Source: a virus
Taxonomy: Duplodnaviria > Caudoviricetes
DNA length: 33,697 bases
Strand: one strand, 5' to 3'
IMG/VR virus record: IMGVR_UViG_3300044644_000765
Location: 1 to 33,697 of that record
The notes below the pieces were generated by a model that had not been told where the DNA came from, ran no database searches, and saw nothing but the letters and a program-made list of their open reading frames with translations. This document shows positions 14,758 through 23,347 of this stretch, one piece after another. Made by a program: the position numbers and the translations under genes. The stretch's first letter is position 1. The number at the start of each line of letters is the position of its first letter.

Positions 14758-14816
14758 TATATTTGTAAAGCGTAAAAGTCTAAAGGGTAGTCGGCCAAAC
14801 GAGGTGTTGCCCTTTT
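14758..14816 (+). promoter_or_regulatory. -7 box followed by a leader hairpin ahead of the packaging operon
   Basis: TATATTTG 14758-14765; AAAGGGTAG 14782-14790 pairs with TTGCCCTTT 14807-14815. Confidence 0.55.
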
Positions 14817-14830
14817 CTAATTTAATCAAT

Positions 14831-15061
14831 ATGACAAATATTATAATAAGTCTTTTTGTAGCTTTCATAATTTACCAAGAATTAAATTTTGGGTATTATG
14901 TAAGAAAGTTTACAGGGACTAGAATAAGTAAACCAATTAAAGTATTAGACTGTTTTCCATGTTTCTCTTTTTGGATAGCAGTTTTAATCAGTTTATTCAC
15001 TCATGACTATCTAACGCCGTTAGCAGTCTTTTTAATAATTAAATTTTATGATAATAAGTAA
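14831..15061 (+). CDS. Small membrane protein with CxxC (DUF1360-like)
   Basis: Hydrophobic helices, LDCFPCFSFW; ATG 14831 preferred over GTG 14804. Confidence 0.65.
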   Translation: MTNIIISLFVAFIIYQELNFGYYVRKFTGTRISKPIKVLDCFPCFSFWIAVLISLFTHDYLTPLAVFLIIKFYDNK

Positions 15062-15326
15062 AGAAGCGTTTGAGTCATTTTTAAAAGTAAAAGACTTAAT
15101 CAAAAAGCCACAATTGAAATATTCTAATGAAGAATTTTTATTACTTTCAGAAGTATATGCAGAGATAACAAAGAAACCTTTAACTAAGGGGTGTGCTGGA
15201 TGTCTTGAGACAGGTTTGAAGATTTTAAATAATTGGATGAATCTATTTGAAGAAGCGACAAGATTAGCATACGAGACTCAGGAAGTGATTAAGAAAGTAA
15301 GGAAGCCAAGAAAACCAAAAGCATAA
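15048..15326 (+). CDS. Hypothetical protein with CxxC
   Basis: GCAGC motif, basic tail. Confidence 0.65.
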   Translation: MIISKEAFESFLKVKDLIKKPQLKYSNEEFLLLSEVYAEITKKPLTKGCAGCLETGLKILNNWMNLFEEATRLAYETQEVIKKVRKPRKPKA

Positions 15327-15330
15327 AGCA

Positions 15331-15729
15331 ATGGGACGAGTAAAGCTTATAGAAACTCCAGAAAAGCTATGGGATCTATTTACAGAGTATAAAAACGAAG
15401 TAAAAAGCAATCCAAGAGTAAAACATGTATTTGTAGGTAAAGACGGAAGTAGTGATTACGAAAGACTCGAAAGACCTTTGACAATGGAAGGCTTTGAATG
15501 TTTTTGCTATGATAAAGGCGTAACAGTAAGCAATTATTTTGAAGATAAGCATAATGCATACGCTGATTATTACGCTATCTGTTCACGTGTAAAGCGAGAA
15601 ATACGCCACGATCAAATAGAGGGCGGTATGGTTGGACAATATAACACCTCTATTACTCAAAGACTTAACGGACTTACCGACAAACAAGAAATCAAAACAA
15701 TCCAAGAACAGCCTTTATTCCCTGAATAA
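15331..15729 (+). CDS. Terminase small subunit (P22 gp3-like)
   Basis: ETPEKLW..F.EY, RPLTMEGF, GGMVGQYN..ITQRLNGL; directly upstream of TerL. Confidence 0.85.
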   Translation: MGRVKLIETPEKLWDLFTEYKNEVKSNPRVKHVFVGKDGSSDYERLERPLTMEGFECFCYDKGVTVSNYFEDKHNAYADYYAICSRVKREIRHDQIEGGMVGQYNTSITQRLNGLTDKQEIKTIQEQPLFPE

Positions 15730-16895
15730 TGTTTATTCGTACAACTGCAATCAATAAGATACTTCGACTTAATAAATTTGTTAGAGGTGTTCAAGGTGGG
15801 ACTTCAGCAGGCAAAACGTTTGCGATCCTTCCGATATTGATTGATATGTGTGCAAAGAATCCAGCCTTAGAGGTTTCTGTAGTTGCTGAATCAATACCAC
15901 ATTTAAAGCGTGGTGCAATGAAGGACTTTAAGAAGATCATGATTAATACCAATAGGTATGTAGATAGTCGTTGGAATGCTTCAGATTTTAAATATAACTT
16001 TGCTAACGGATCACAAATAGAATTCTTTTCTGCTGATAACGATGCTAAATTAAGAGGTGCAAGGCGTGATGTGCTTTATATGAATGAGTGTAACAACATG
16101 ACTTTTCATGCTTATACTGAATTAGCGTCAAGGACTAAACGATGTGTGTTTTTAGATTGGAATCCCACAAATGAATTTTGGTTTCACAATGAACTAAAAG
16201 AAGATAACGACGTTGATTTTCTAATAGTAAACTACCTAGATAATGAAGCGTGTCCCGAAAGTGCTTTAAACTTTATCCTAAAAGCAAAAGAGAAAGCGGA
16301 AACATCTGAGTTTTGGGCTAATTGGTATAAGGTTTATGGATTAGGTGAAATAGGATCTCTGCAAGGGGTTGTATTCGATAATTGGGGAGTAGTTGATACA
16401 ATACCAGAAGATGCAAAGTTAGAGGGTTATGGTTGTGACTTTGGATATACAAACGACCCTACAACAATCACAGCAATATACAAGTATAATAATCAATATT
16501 ATTTTGATGAGGTTATATATCAAACAGGATTAACAAACGGAGAAATAGCAAAACTATTTAAAGCAAAAGGGGGTGACGTTCACGAATACATTTACGCTGA
16601 TAGTGCTGAGCCTAAATCAATACAAGAACTTAACAACGCTGGTTTAAATGTAATCAAAGCAGAGAAAGGAAAAGACTCTATTATGTACGGAATTCAAAAG
16701 ATTCAACAGGATAGGTTTTATGTGACTAAACAAAGCGTGAATTTGATTAAAGAGTTACGTTCTTATACGTGGGATGTGGATAGGTCAGGAACTAAACTAA
16801 ACAAGCCAATAGATGCATTTAACCACTGTATTGATGGTATAAGATATTTTTTCACAACAAAAGATAAATACGATGGCTATTTTGAAGTATATTAA
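15729..16895 (+). CDS. Terminase large subunit (PBSX/SPP1-type)
   Basis: QGGTSAGKT, YMNE, LDWNP, DFGYTNDP, ADSAEPKSI, NHCIDGIRY. Confidence 0.95.
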   Translation: MFIRTTAINKILRLNKFVRGVQGGTSAGKTFAILPILIDMCAKNPALEVSVVAESIPHLKRGAMKDFKKIMINTNRYVDSRWNASDFKYNFANGSQIEFFSADNDAKLRGARRDVLYMNECNNMTFHAYTELASRTKRCVFLDWNPTNEFWFHNELKEDNDVDFLIVNYLDNEACPESALNFILKAKEKAETSEFWANWYKVYGLGEIGSLQGVVFDNWGVVDTIPEDAKLEGYGCDFGYTNDPTTITAIYKYNNQYYFDEVIYQTGLTNGEIAKLFKAKGGDVHEYIYADSAEPKSIQELNNAGLNVIKAEKGKDSIMYGIQKIQQDRFYVTKQSVNLIKELRSYTWDVDRSGTKLNKPIDAFNHCIDGIRYFFTTKDKYDGYFEVY

Positions 16896-17478
16896 TATTA
16901 AAGCCCCAAAGACTTTAAATGATTTAAGGATTAACCACCTCAAAGCATTAACGGATGAGAAGTATCAGAAAGCAATGGATTTGGGTACTATTATTGAGTT
17001 TATATGTTTAATCACAGGGGCTAAAAGAAACGATTTAAACAAGGTTAATATCTCGGAACTTAGAAACATTCATGAACACTGTATAGGGTTGTTTAAAGAC
17101 TTCCAATTGACCAAACCAAAAGAAGAAATTATAATTAATGGAGTGAGCTATTTATTAGTCGATCCTGCAAAAGTTGGCATTGGTTGGCATATAGATATCA
17201 GTAACTCAGATCTACAAAATGATCCTAGTCGATTAGCTAGTTTGATGTACATAGAAAAAGGCACTACATACGGGGAGCTTGACGAAAATCTAAACATGAG
17301 ATATTCAAATCAAGAACGTGCGAAACTCTTTGAACAACATATGCCACTACCCGACTATCTTAATTTAGTTAGTTTTTTTTTGCGACAATCAATCGAATTA
17401 ATGAGCAACTCTATGGTCAACAAAAAGACGAGAATAAGTCTACTAAGGGCAGTGAGAGGTTTGTTTGGGAAAAATTGA
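16873..17478 (+). CDS. Putative tail assembly chaperone (gpG-like) with a -1 frameshift product ending at 17618
   Basis: T TTT TTT slippery run at 17373-17381; the -1 frame is open to TGA 17616-17618. Confidence 0.6.
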   Translation: MAILKYINIKAPKTLNDLRINHLKALTDEKYQKAMDLGTIIEFICLITGAKRNDLNKVNISELRNIHEHCIGLFKDFQLTKPKEEIIINGVSYLLVDPAKVGIGWHIDISNSDLQNDPSRLASLMYIEKGTTYGELDENLNMRYSNQERAKLFEQHMPLPDYLNLVSFFLRQSIELMSNSMVNKKTRISLLRAVRGLFGKN

Positions 17479-17604
17479 TTCACTATCTAAGCAAAGAATA
17501 TAATCAAACGTGGGAGCAAATTGTGAAATGGAATATATTTACTTTCAATCATAGACTTAAATTTATTAACTTTACAAAACAAGAAGAGATAAAAGTAATA
17601 CAAC

Positions 17605-18156
17605 GTGAGCGACGCTGATATAATTAATAGTTTAAATTTTGGGAGGTCTGAAGATATTTTAAAGAATACTTCGGATAATCCAATGACTGAGCTATTATTA
17701 AGACTTACAAACGAGCTTATAGAAGATTGGCGTAAACAATTAATTAAAGATAAATCCTACGCTACAGGGGATTTGGCACAATCTTTAAGACCCACAAGCA
17801 TCAAGCCAGATTCAATTGAAACTACAGGGGCATCACATTGGAAGTATATAAATTACGGTGTGAATGGTACTATGGTTAATCGAGGGGCTCCTTATCATGG
17901 TAAAGCTCCAAAGGGTAACTTATCTTTTTACGATGCTATTTACAAATGGATAGGGGATAAGGGGATAGTACCAGATGAAGGAATGACACGTGAGCAATTA
18001 GCTGGTGCAATAGTTAATAGTGTACGAATGAAAGGTATTGAAGCGACTCACTTCTTTGATAAGGTACTAACGCCACAAAGAGTTGAAGAAATGGGTCAAA
18101 GAGTAAGCGACCTAGTTGGTGAAGCAATAAAAATAGTAATAAAAAAACCTAAATAA
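17605..18156 (+). CDS. HK97 gp10-like tail completion protein
   Basis: ATGDLAQSL, WKYINYGV, IYKWIGDKGI, GIEATHFF. Confidence 0.65.
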   Translation: MSDADIINSLNFGRSEDILKNTSDNPMTELLLRLTNELIEDWRKQLIKDKSYATGDLAQSLRPTSIKPDSIETTGASHWKYINYGVNGTMVNRGAPYHGKAPKGNLSFYDAIYKWIGDKGIVPDEGMTREQLAGAIVNSVRMKGIEATHFFDKVLTPQRVEEMGQRVSDLVGEAIKIVIKKPK

Positions 18157-19410
18157 ATGGCTATAACGATAACACAAAACCCACAGAAATACACGCCGAG
18201 TGATAACCCTATTGTCTTTGAATTTAAGCAACCTTTAACAGTTAGCGGTAATGATAAGTACAATGTATCATTCGTGGTTAAAGCGTTTATTAACGGGGCG
18301 GAAATAGGCACTTTTGAGGTATATTCTGAGCTAGTAACGAATTTCTTTTACGGTAAAATAAACTTAAGTGATAAAGTTAGGGCGTATATAGCTAACCATT
18401 CTGTAAGTAATGCAACGGCAAGCCCTGTTTTTGTTTATGACACTCAGAATTATGTTGAAACTTATATAACTATTTACGAAAAATATTCGACTGATCCTAA
18501 CGTAGAGCCAACAACACAACCAACGGGAGTAACTAGTATTACTGTAATACCGTTCAAAGGGTCTTTAAGTCGATCGGAGTTTAAAGTTTGGGACTATACC
18601 GTTTATAAAAAGGGTGGACTAGGCAAGAAATTCTTAACTGATAAATATAACACTGATTTGTTTGGAGCTACTGTTTACTCAGTAACTGAGAAAAAAGGAG
18701 GTACAACAATCTTATCATGGTTAGATAATAGTGATTTAGACACGCCTGCAAATTATTACGTTAAATTTATTTACTTACTTCCAAGTGGTAACGTAACACA
18801 AACGACAACCTTTAATACAGCTTATCAAGGTGCGGTTTCTGCATTACGCTTTAACTTAGATGAACAACTAGATCTAGGGAATATTACACAAGCCACTTAT
18901 GACAATTGCACAGGTGTACAAATAGCAGTGCAAAACTTATCTAGTGTTGGTATTATGGGAGTGTATGGTATTACATTTTCAGATGTTTGTTTCGATAAGG
19001 GAGCTAATATTCTTTGGTTAAATAAATACGGATCGTATGACAATTTCAGATTCACATATAACTCAAGATACAAAGCTAAGATTGAAAGTAAATCATTCAG
19101 CAAAAAGCAAGGTGAATGGAACGCTTTAACTAATACATACAATGTAAATAATAACACGTTTGGTAAAATAGACTATTTAAAAACGATCACAAAACAATTA
19201 GAGCTATCCTCCGACTGGTTAGATGAGACTACTCAAAATTGGTTAGTGCAATTATATGAAAGCCCTTTGATTTACTTAAACGAAAGCACAGAGATGGAAA
19301 ATGTAGTTGTAACAGATTCAAGTTACCAAGTAAAACAATTTGAACACGACGAACTATTTAATGAAGTGATAAACATTGAGTTTACTGATTATAAAAGCAT
19401 TACGTTATGA
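18157..19410 (+). CDS. Tail/baseplate structural protein
   Basis: WLNKYGSYDNFRF, SDWL...WLVQLYESP pattern typical of Bacteroidota phage tail proteins. Confidence 0.6.
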   Translation: MAITITQNPQKYTPSDNPIVFEFKQPLTVSGNDKYNVSFVVKAFINGAEIGTFEVYSELVTNFFYGKINLSDKVRAYIANHSVSNATASPVFVYDTQNYVETYITIYEKYSTDPNVEPTTQPTGVTSITVIPFKGSLSRSEFKVWDYTVYKKGGLGKKFLTDKYNTDLFGATVYSVTEKKGGTTILSWLDNSDLDTPANYYVKFIYLLPSGNVTQTTTFNTAYQGAVSALRFNLDEQLDLGNITQATYDNCTGVQIAVQNLSSVGIMGVYGITFSDVCFDKGANILWLNKYGSYDNFRFTYNSRYKAKIESKSFSKKQGEWNALTNTYNVNNNTFGKIDYLKTITKQLELSSDWLDETTQNWLVQLYESPLIYLNESTEMENVVVTDSSYQVKQFEHDELFNEVINIEFTDYKSITL

Positions 19411-21608
19411 ATAGTAGATTAGTTGTAAATGGGTACGAATTAGATTTAAGCGACAATATTGCAGTACCTTTGAATTTGTCAATCACTGATGTAAAAGAAC
19501 CTGAGAAACGTAAACGATCCTTTTCAAAAACTTTGATGTTAGAGGGTACTAGCAATAACATGGCTTTCTTTCTTTCAGCTTATTCCTTAGATATAAATAT
19601 AGAAGAAAGTACAAACATTCAATTTACGCCAAATCTACGTTACGATTGTGAGTTTTTTAAGAATGATTTAAGGGTATTCAAAGGTAAATTTAAGCTCAAT
19701 GAAGTAAAAGTCTTAAATAATAACTACTCTTTTGATTGTAATCTAATCAGTGAAACTGTAGATATTTTCGCTAAGTTAAAAGATAAGAAGTTGAATGAGT
19801 TGGACTGGTCCGAATACGATCACAACTTAACTAGAACTAACGTAATTAAGTCATGGAATGAAGGGATTAAACTAAACGGTGTTGATAACAGAAACTTTGG
19901 TTCAGACACTAGAGGGTATCAACCTAAATCATATGGTTATATTTATCCGCTTGTGGATTATGGTTATAACATGGTAGGTAATTCACCTTTAAATTTTAGA
20001 ATAAATCAACTGTACCCATTCATATACGTAAAAGAAGCTATAAAGAAAACCTTAGACTTTGCACTAGAAGATACAAATATTGAAGTAGATTACACAACTG
20101 ATTTCTTTACCAACGTCAATATGCAAAAACTAATATATGGTTTCGGAGGTGGTGAGCAAATTAAATTAAATCCAGATCAGATAAATGATGCAATTGTTTC
20201 TGTAAGTGATGCCACGAAAAACGAAGTTATCTTTGGAGTTAGTAATGGATTTGGAAGGATATACAACTTAATAAAAGATTTTAATTATAGTATATTCACT
20301 CAGGATAATAACACTATAAACAAACCAACAGGTCAAGTACTTTTTAATGTGCCGAGTGTTTATACATTAAACTTTTCAAGTGATGTACAATTATTTTACT
20401 CTGGTTCAGGTAACAATCAATCAACAATAGACAATACAGTTACTGTATATGTAGATGGTGTATCAACTTATGTTTACAGTTGGAAACAAAATTTCGGATC
20501 GAAAAGTATTTCTTTCACTACTGATTTAAATTTAAAAGCTGGTCAAAAGGTTTATTTAGAATTTCAGATAAATGCAAGAGTGGCTGTAACGGGTGTGACT
20601 CCAAGCTTTTCAGTATCGGTAAGTAATACGGATTTTACATTTACAGCAAGTAAAAATGTAGCTCTAACAGATAATTCACCCATCTCATTAAATGCAACTA
20701 TTCCAGATATTAAATGTAGTGAGTTCTTTAAAGGCATTTTGAACTTATTTTATGCTTACATGAGTGAGCCAATTTACAACGCTGTTACAAATAAATCAAC
20801 AATTTACATAGATTCATTCATAAATTACTACGAACCACAAGAAAACTACGATAATTGGACTGATTTAATAGATGAAAGTAAAGAGATTACAATACAATCT
20901 AATTCATTAATCGAGGGTAACATATATCAATACACGTTTAGTGAAGAGAAAGACGTTCTAAATGCGAAATATAGGGAGCTTGTTGGTATTAGTTACGGGG
21001 AAAAACAACTAGAAATAGAGACTTGGATGAATGGAGTGGTTAAATTTGACCTACCTTTTAATACTTATGTGCCTTACAAGATTGAAAACAGTCAATTAAT
21101 TTACCCTATTATTAAGGATCAAACAACCGACTCTAACAACGTAACAGTTTCAAAGCCTTATAAAGGTAAAGGAATGTTAACGTTTTACAATGGTTTGCGA
21201 AGTGGAGTAGTAAATATCTATAATGCTGAAGGAAGTGCCACAGGGGATTGGCAAATTAAATATGATTTTCCTATGATTCACCACTTGAGATTTAAAGACA
21301 ATTATAATTTCGAACCTCTTTTCGATTTACACTTTGCACCTCGTAACGCAACGTTTGACGGTATTAAATTAGTTCCAGATGTTAACATATTCACAAAATA
21401 TCATGATAAATTCGTAAACGAAATAACATCAAAGAATTCTAAATTAGTATCTTTATACCTTAAGTTATCATACAAAGATATTAACGAATTAGACTTTGCA
21501 AAATTGAAAATGATTGACGGCGTACTATACCGACTGAACACTATCAAAGATTTTGATTCAGATGCTTATGGAACTACTGAAGTTGAACTAATAAAATACC
21601 TAGGGTAA
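19407..21608 (+). CDS. Tail tip/hub protein
   Basis: LDL..NIAVPLNLSITDV..PEKRKRSFSKT, YIYPLVDYG; C-terminal IDGVLYRLNTIKDFD. Confidence 0.65.
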   Translation: MNSRLVVNGYELDLSDNIAVPLNLSITDVKEPEKRKRSFSKTLMLEGTSNNMAFFLSAYSLDINIEESTNIQFTPNLRYDCEFFKNDLRVFKGKFKLNEVKVLNNNYSFDCNLISETVDIFAKLKDKKLNELDWSEYDHNLTRTNVIKSWNEGIKLNGVDNRNFGSDTRGYQPKSYGYIYPLVDYGYNMVGNSPLNFRINQLYPFIYVKEAIKKTLDFALEDTNIEVDYTTDFFTNVNMQKLIYGFGGGEQIKLNPDQINDAIVSVSDATKNEVIFGVSNGFGRIYNLIKDFNYSIFTQDNNTINKPTGQVLFNVPSVYTLNFSSDVQLFYSGSGNNQSTIDNTVTVYVDGVSTYVYSWKQNFGSKSISFTTDLNLKAGQKVYLEFQINARVAVTGVTPSFSVSVSNTDFTFTASKNVALTDNSPISLNATIPDIKCSEFFKGILNLFYAYMSEPIYNAVTNKSTIYIDSFINYYEPQENYDNWTDLIDESKEITIQSNSLIEGNIYQYTFSEEKDVLNAKYRELVGISYGEKQLEIETWMNGVVKFDLPFNTYVPYKIENSQLIYPIIKDQTTDSNNVTVSKPYKGKGMLTFYNGLRSGVVNIYNAEGSATGDWQIKYDFPMIHHLRFKDNYNFEPLFDLHFAPRNATFDGIKLVPDVNIFTKYHDKFVNEITSKNSKLVSLYLKLSYKDINELDFAKLKMIDGVLYRLNTIKDFDSDAYGTTEVELIKYLG

Positions 21609-22168
21609 TGGCTATCGTAAACGTAAAACAATTCGAGGACTATATTCTGCAAGCTGAAATATTAACGGGTACTTATACTTGGAACGGTTCTGCAGGTTCT
21701 GTTTTAATCGGTGCTAACGATACAGCAACGGGTGAATTTAATTCTCAGTTAATAAGTACCTCACAAGGAGCGAGCGGTTCGGCAAATGATGTGTGTCAAA
21801 CTCATGTAAGTGGTGGTTATAACGATTGGTATTTACCCTCAAACGATGAACTAGAATTATGTTTTGAAGCTGGTGTTTTAAGTGCAACCGATTATTGGTC
21901 TTCCACAGAATACGACGTTAATAACGCTTACACTATAAGTGCAGTAGGAACTATTACAGAGCTTTTAAAAGGTTTTGGAACTTATAATATAGTAGCCGTT
22001 AGAAAAGAATACACAACGAGCTACGTTACGATTGACAGGATGAACGTACAATCTAAGCAAGCCCCTATATTAAGCGGAGGGGTAAACAATGCAGATGAGG
22101 ACGTTTATAAAATGTTAGGGGGAATAAATGGAATATCTAAAAATTCAAATATAATTAGCAATGAGTGA
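21608..22168 (+). CDS. Virion protein with DUF1566/Lcl-C (C-type lectin fold) domain
   Basis: GGYNDWYLPSNDEL, YWSSTE, VAVR. Confidence 0.75.
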   Translation: MAIVNVKQFEDYILQAEILTGTYTWNGSAGSVLIGANDTATGEFNSQLISTSQGASGSANDVCQTHVSGGYNDWYLPSNDELELCFEAGVLSATDYWSSTEYDVNNAYTISAVGTITELLKGFGTYNIVAVRKEYTTSYVTIDRMNVQSKQAPILSGGVNNADEDVYKMLGGINGISKNSNIISNE

Positions 22169-23192
22169 CGAAACAAGAAGAATAATAATTAAGAAAGGGG
22201 CTGGAGTTCCTACGATTCCAACAAGTCCAGACCATAGAGATGGTAGTTGGTTAGCAACGGATATTTATGAAGGTGAATTTTATATGAATACAACAACAGG
22301 GAGTATTTATACAAGAACCTCATTAGGTATAGAGGAAATAATTTATGATGTTGCAGATTTTGAAGTTTTAGCAAATAAAGCGACAAATTTTAGTGTAATA
22401 AATAATACAAAGTACCCGACAACACAAGCAGTAGAAAATCAAATTGATGCTAAATTAGTAGCTGAAAATTATTGGACTGTTAAAAGTGATGAAATAGCAA
22501 GAGGATATAGAGCACAGCACAATTCAACAACGGTATTATCTGAGAATATCGCAACAGGAACACTGCAAGGTACAGCAACAGCGGTGGCGGTGTCTAACAC
22601 TTCAATACAAACTAAAAAAACAAGGTTAAAAATCGGAGTGTCCACACCTGCTGCGAATGGTATATGTGGTTATAGATCAACATCCGCATTTAATATCATG
22701 GAAATGGGATGGCGTATGTGTGTTGCTTTTGGTGTTTCTGATACAGGATTCAATACAGGCGCACGTCAATTTTACGGAATGACAAGTTCAACAGCTTCTT
22801 TAGGTATCTCATCCACTGTAACAGTAGCAAGTTTGACAAATATAGTAGGTATAGGCTCAGATGCAACAGATACTAATTTGCAAATATTTTACAACGATGG
22901 AACGGGAACGGCAAGTAAGATTGATTTAGGCTCTAATTTTTTAGCAAATAGAACAAGTGGTGCGGCTGCTACTGATTTTTTTGTTTTAGATATGTACAAC
23001 CCGTATAGTTCAAATACTGTTTATTATAAAGTAACTTCATTAGAGAATAATTTTACAGTTGAGGGTTCTGTTTCAACAGATTTACCAAGTAACACAACGC
23101 CAATAACAATTCAAGCCGTTAGAACTTCGGGTGCATCTTCAAACGCTTGTAGTTTTGATATTAGTCAATTAACATTAAATTGTGTGTCATGA
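22161..23192 (+). CDS. Tail fibre/spike-like protein
   Basis: IIIKKG.GVP...GEFYMNT anchor, KYPTTQAV fibre motif, Ser/Thr-rich beta C-terminal domain. Confidence 0.6.
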   Translation: MSDETRRIIIKKGAGVPTIPTSPDHRDGSWLATDIYEGEFYMNTTTGSIYTRTSLGIEEIIYDVADFEVLANKATNFSVINNTKYPTTQAVENQIDAKLVAENYWTVKSDEIARGYRAQHNSTTVLSENIATGTLQGTATAVAVSNTSIQTKKTRLKIGVSTPAANGICGYRSTSAFNIMEMGWRMCVAFGVSDTGFNTGARQFYGMTSSTASLGISSTVTVASLTNIVGIGSDATDTNLQIFYNDGTGTASKIDLGSNFLANRTSGAAATDFFVLDMYNPYSSNTVYYKVTSLENNFTVEGSVSTDLPSNTTPITIQAVRTSGASSNACSFDISQLTLNCVS

Positions 23193-23347
23193 TAGAAGTA
23201 ATACAAGAAGTAAGAGGTGCTTACACTTATGTAGAAAGTGTTTATTTTAATATTATTAGAGTAGGTAACGAAGTTTTGAACGCTGATGTTTCAACAGAAA
23301 TTACAAATCAAGAAACAATTATAAACGATTATATAGCTTCATTATAA
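23189..23347 (+). CDS. Small hypothetical protein (52 aa, not in track)
   Basis: MIEVIQEVRGAYTYVES...; ATGA and TAATG coupling at its two ends. Confidence 0.6.
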   Translation: MIEVIQEVRGAYTYVESVYFNIIRVGNEVLNADVSTEITNQETIINDYIASL

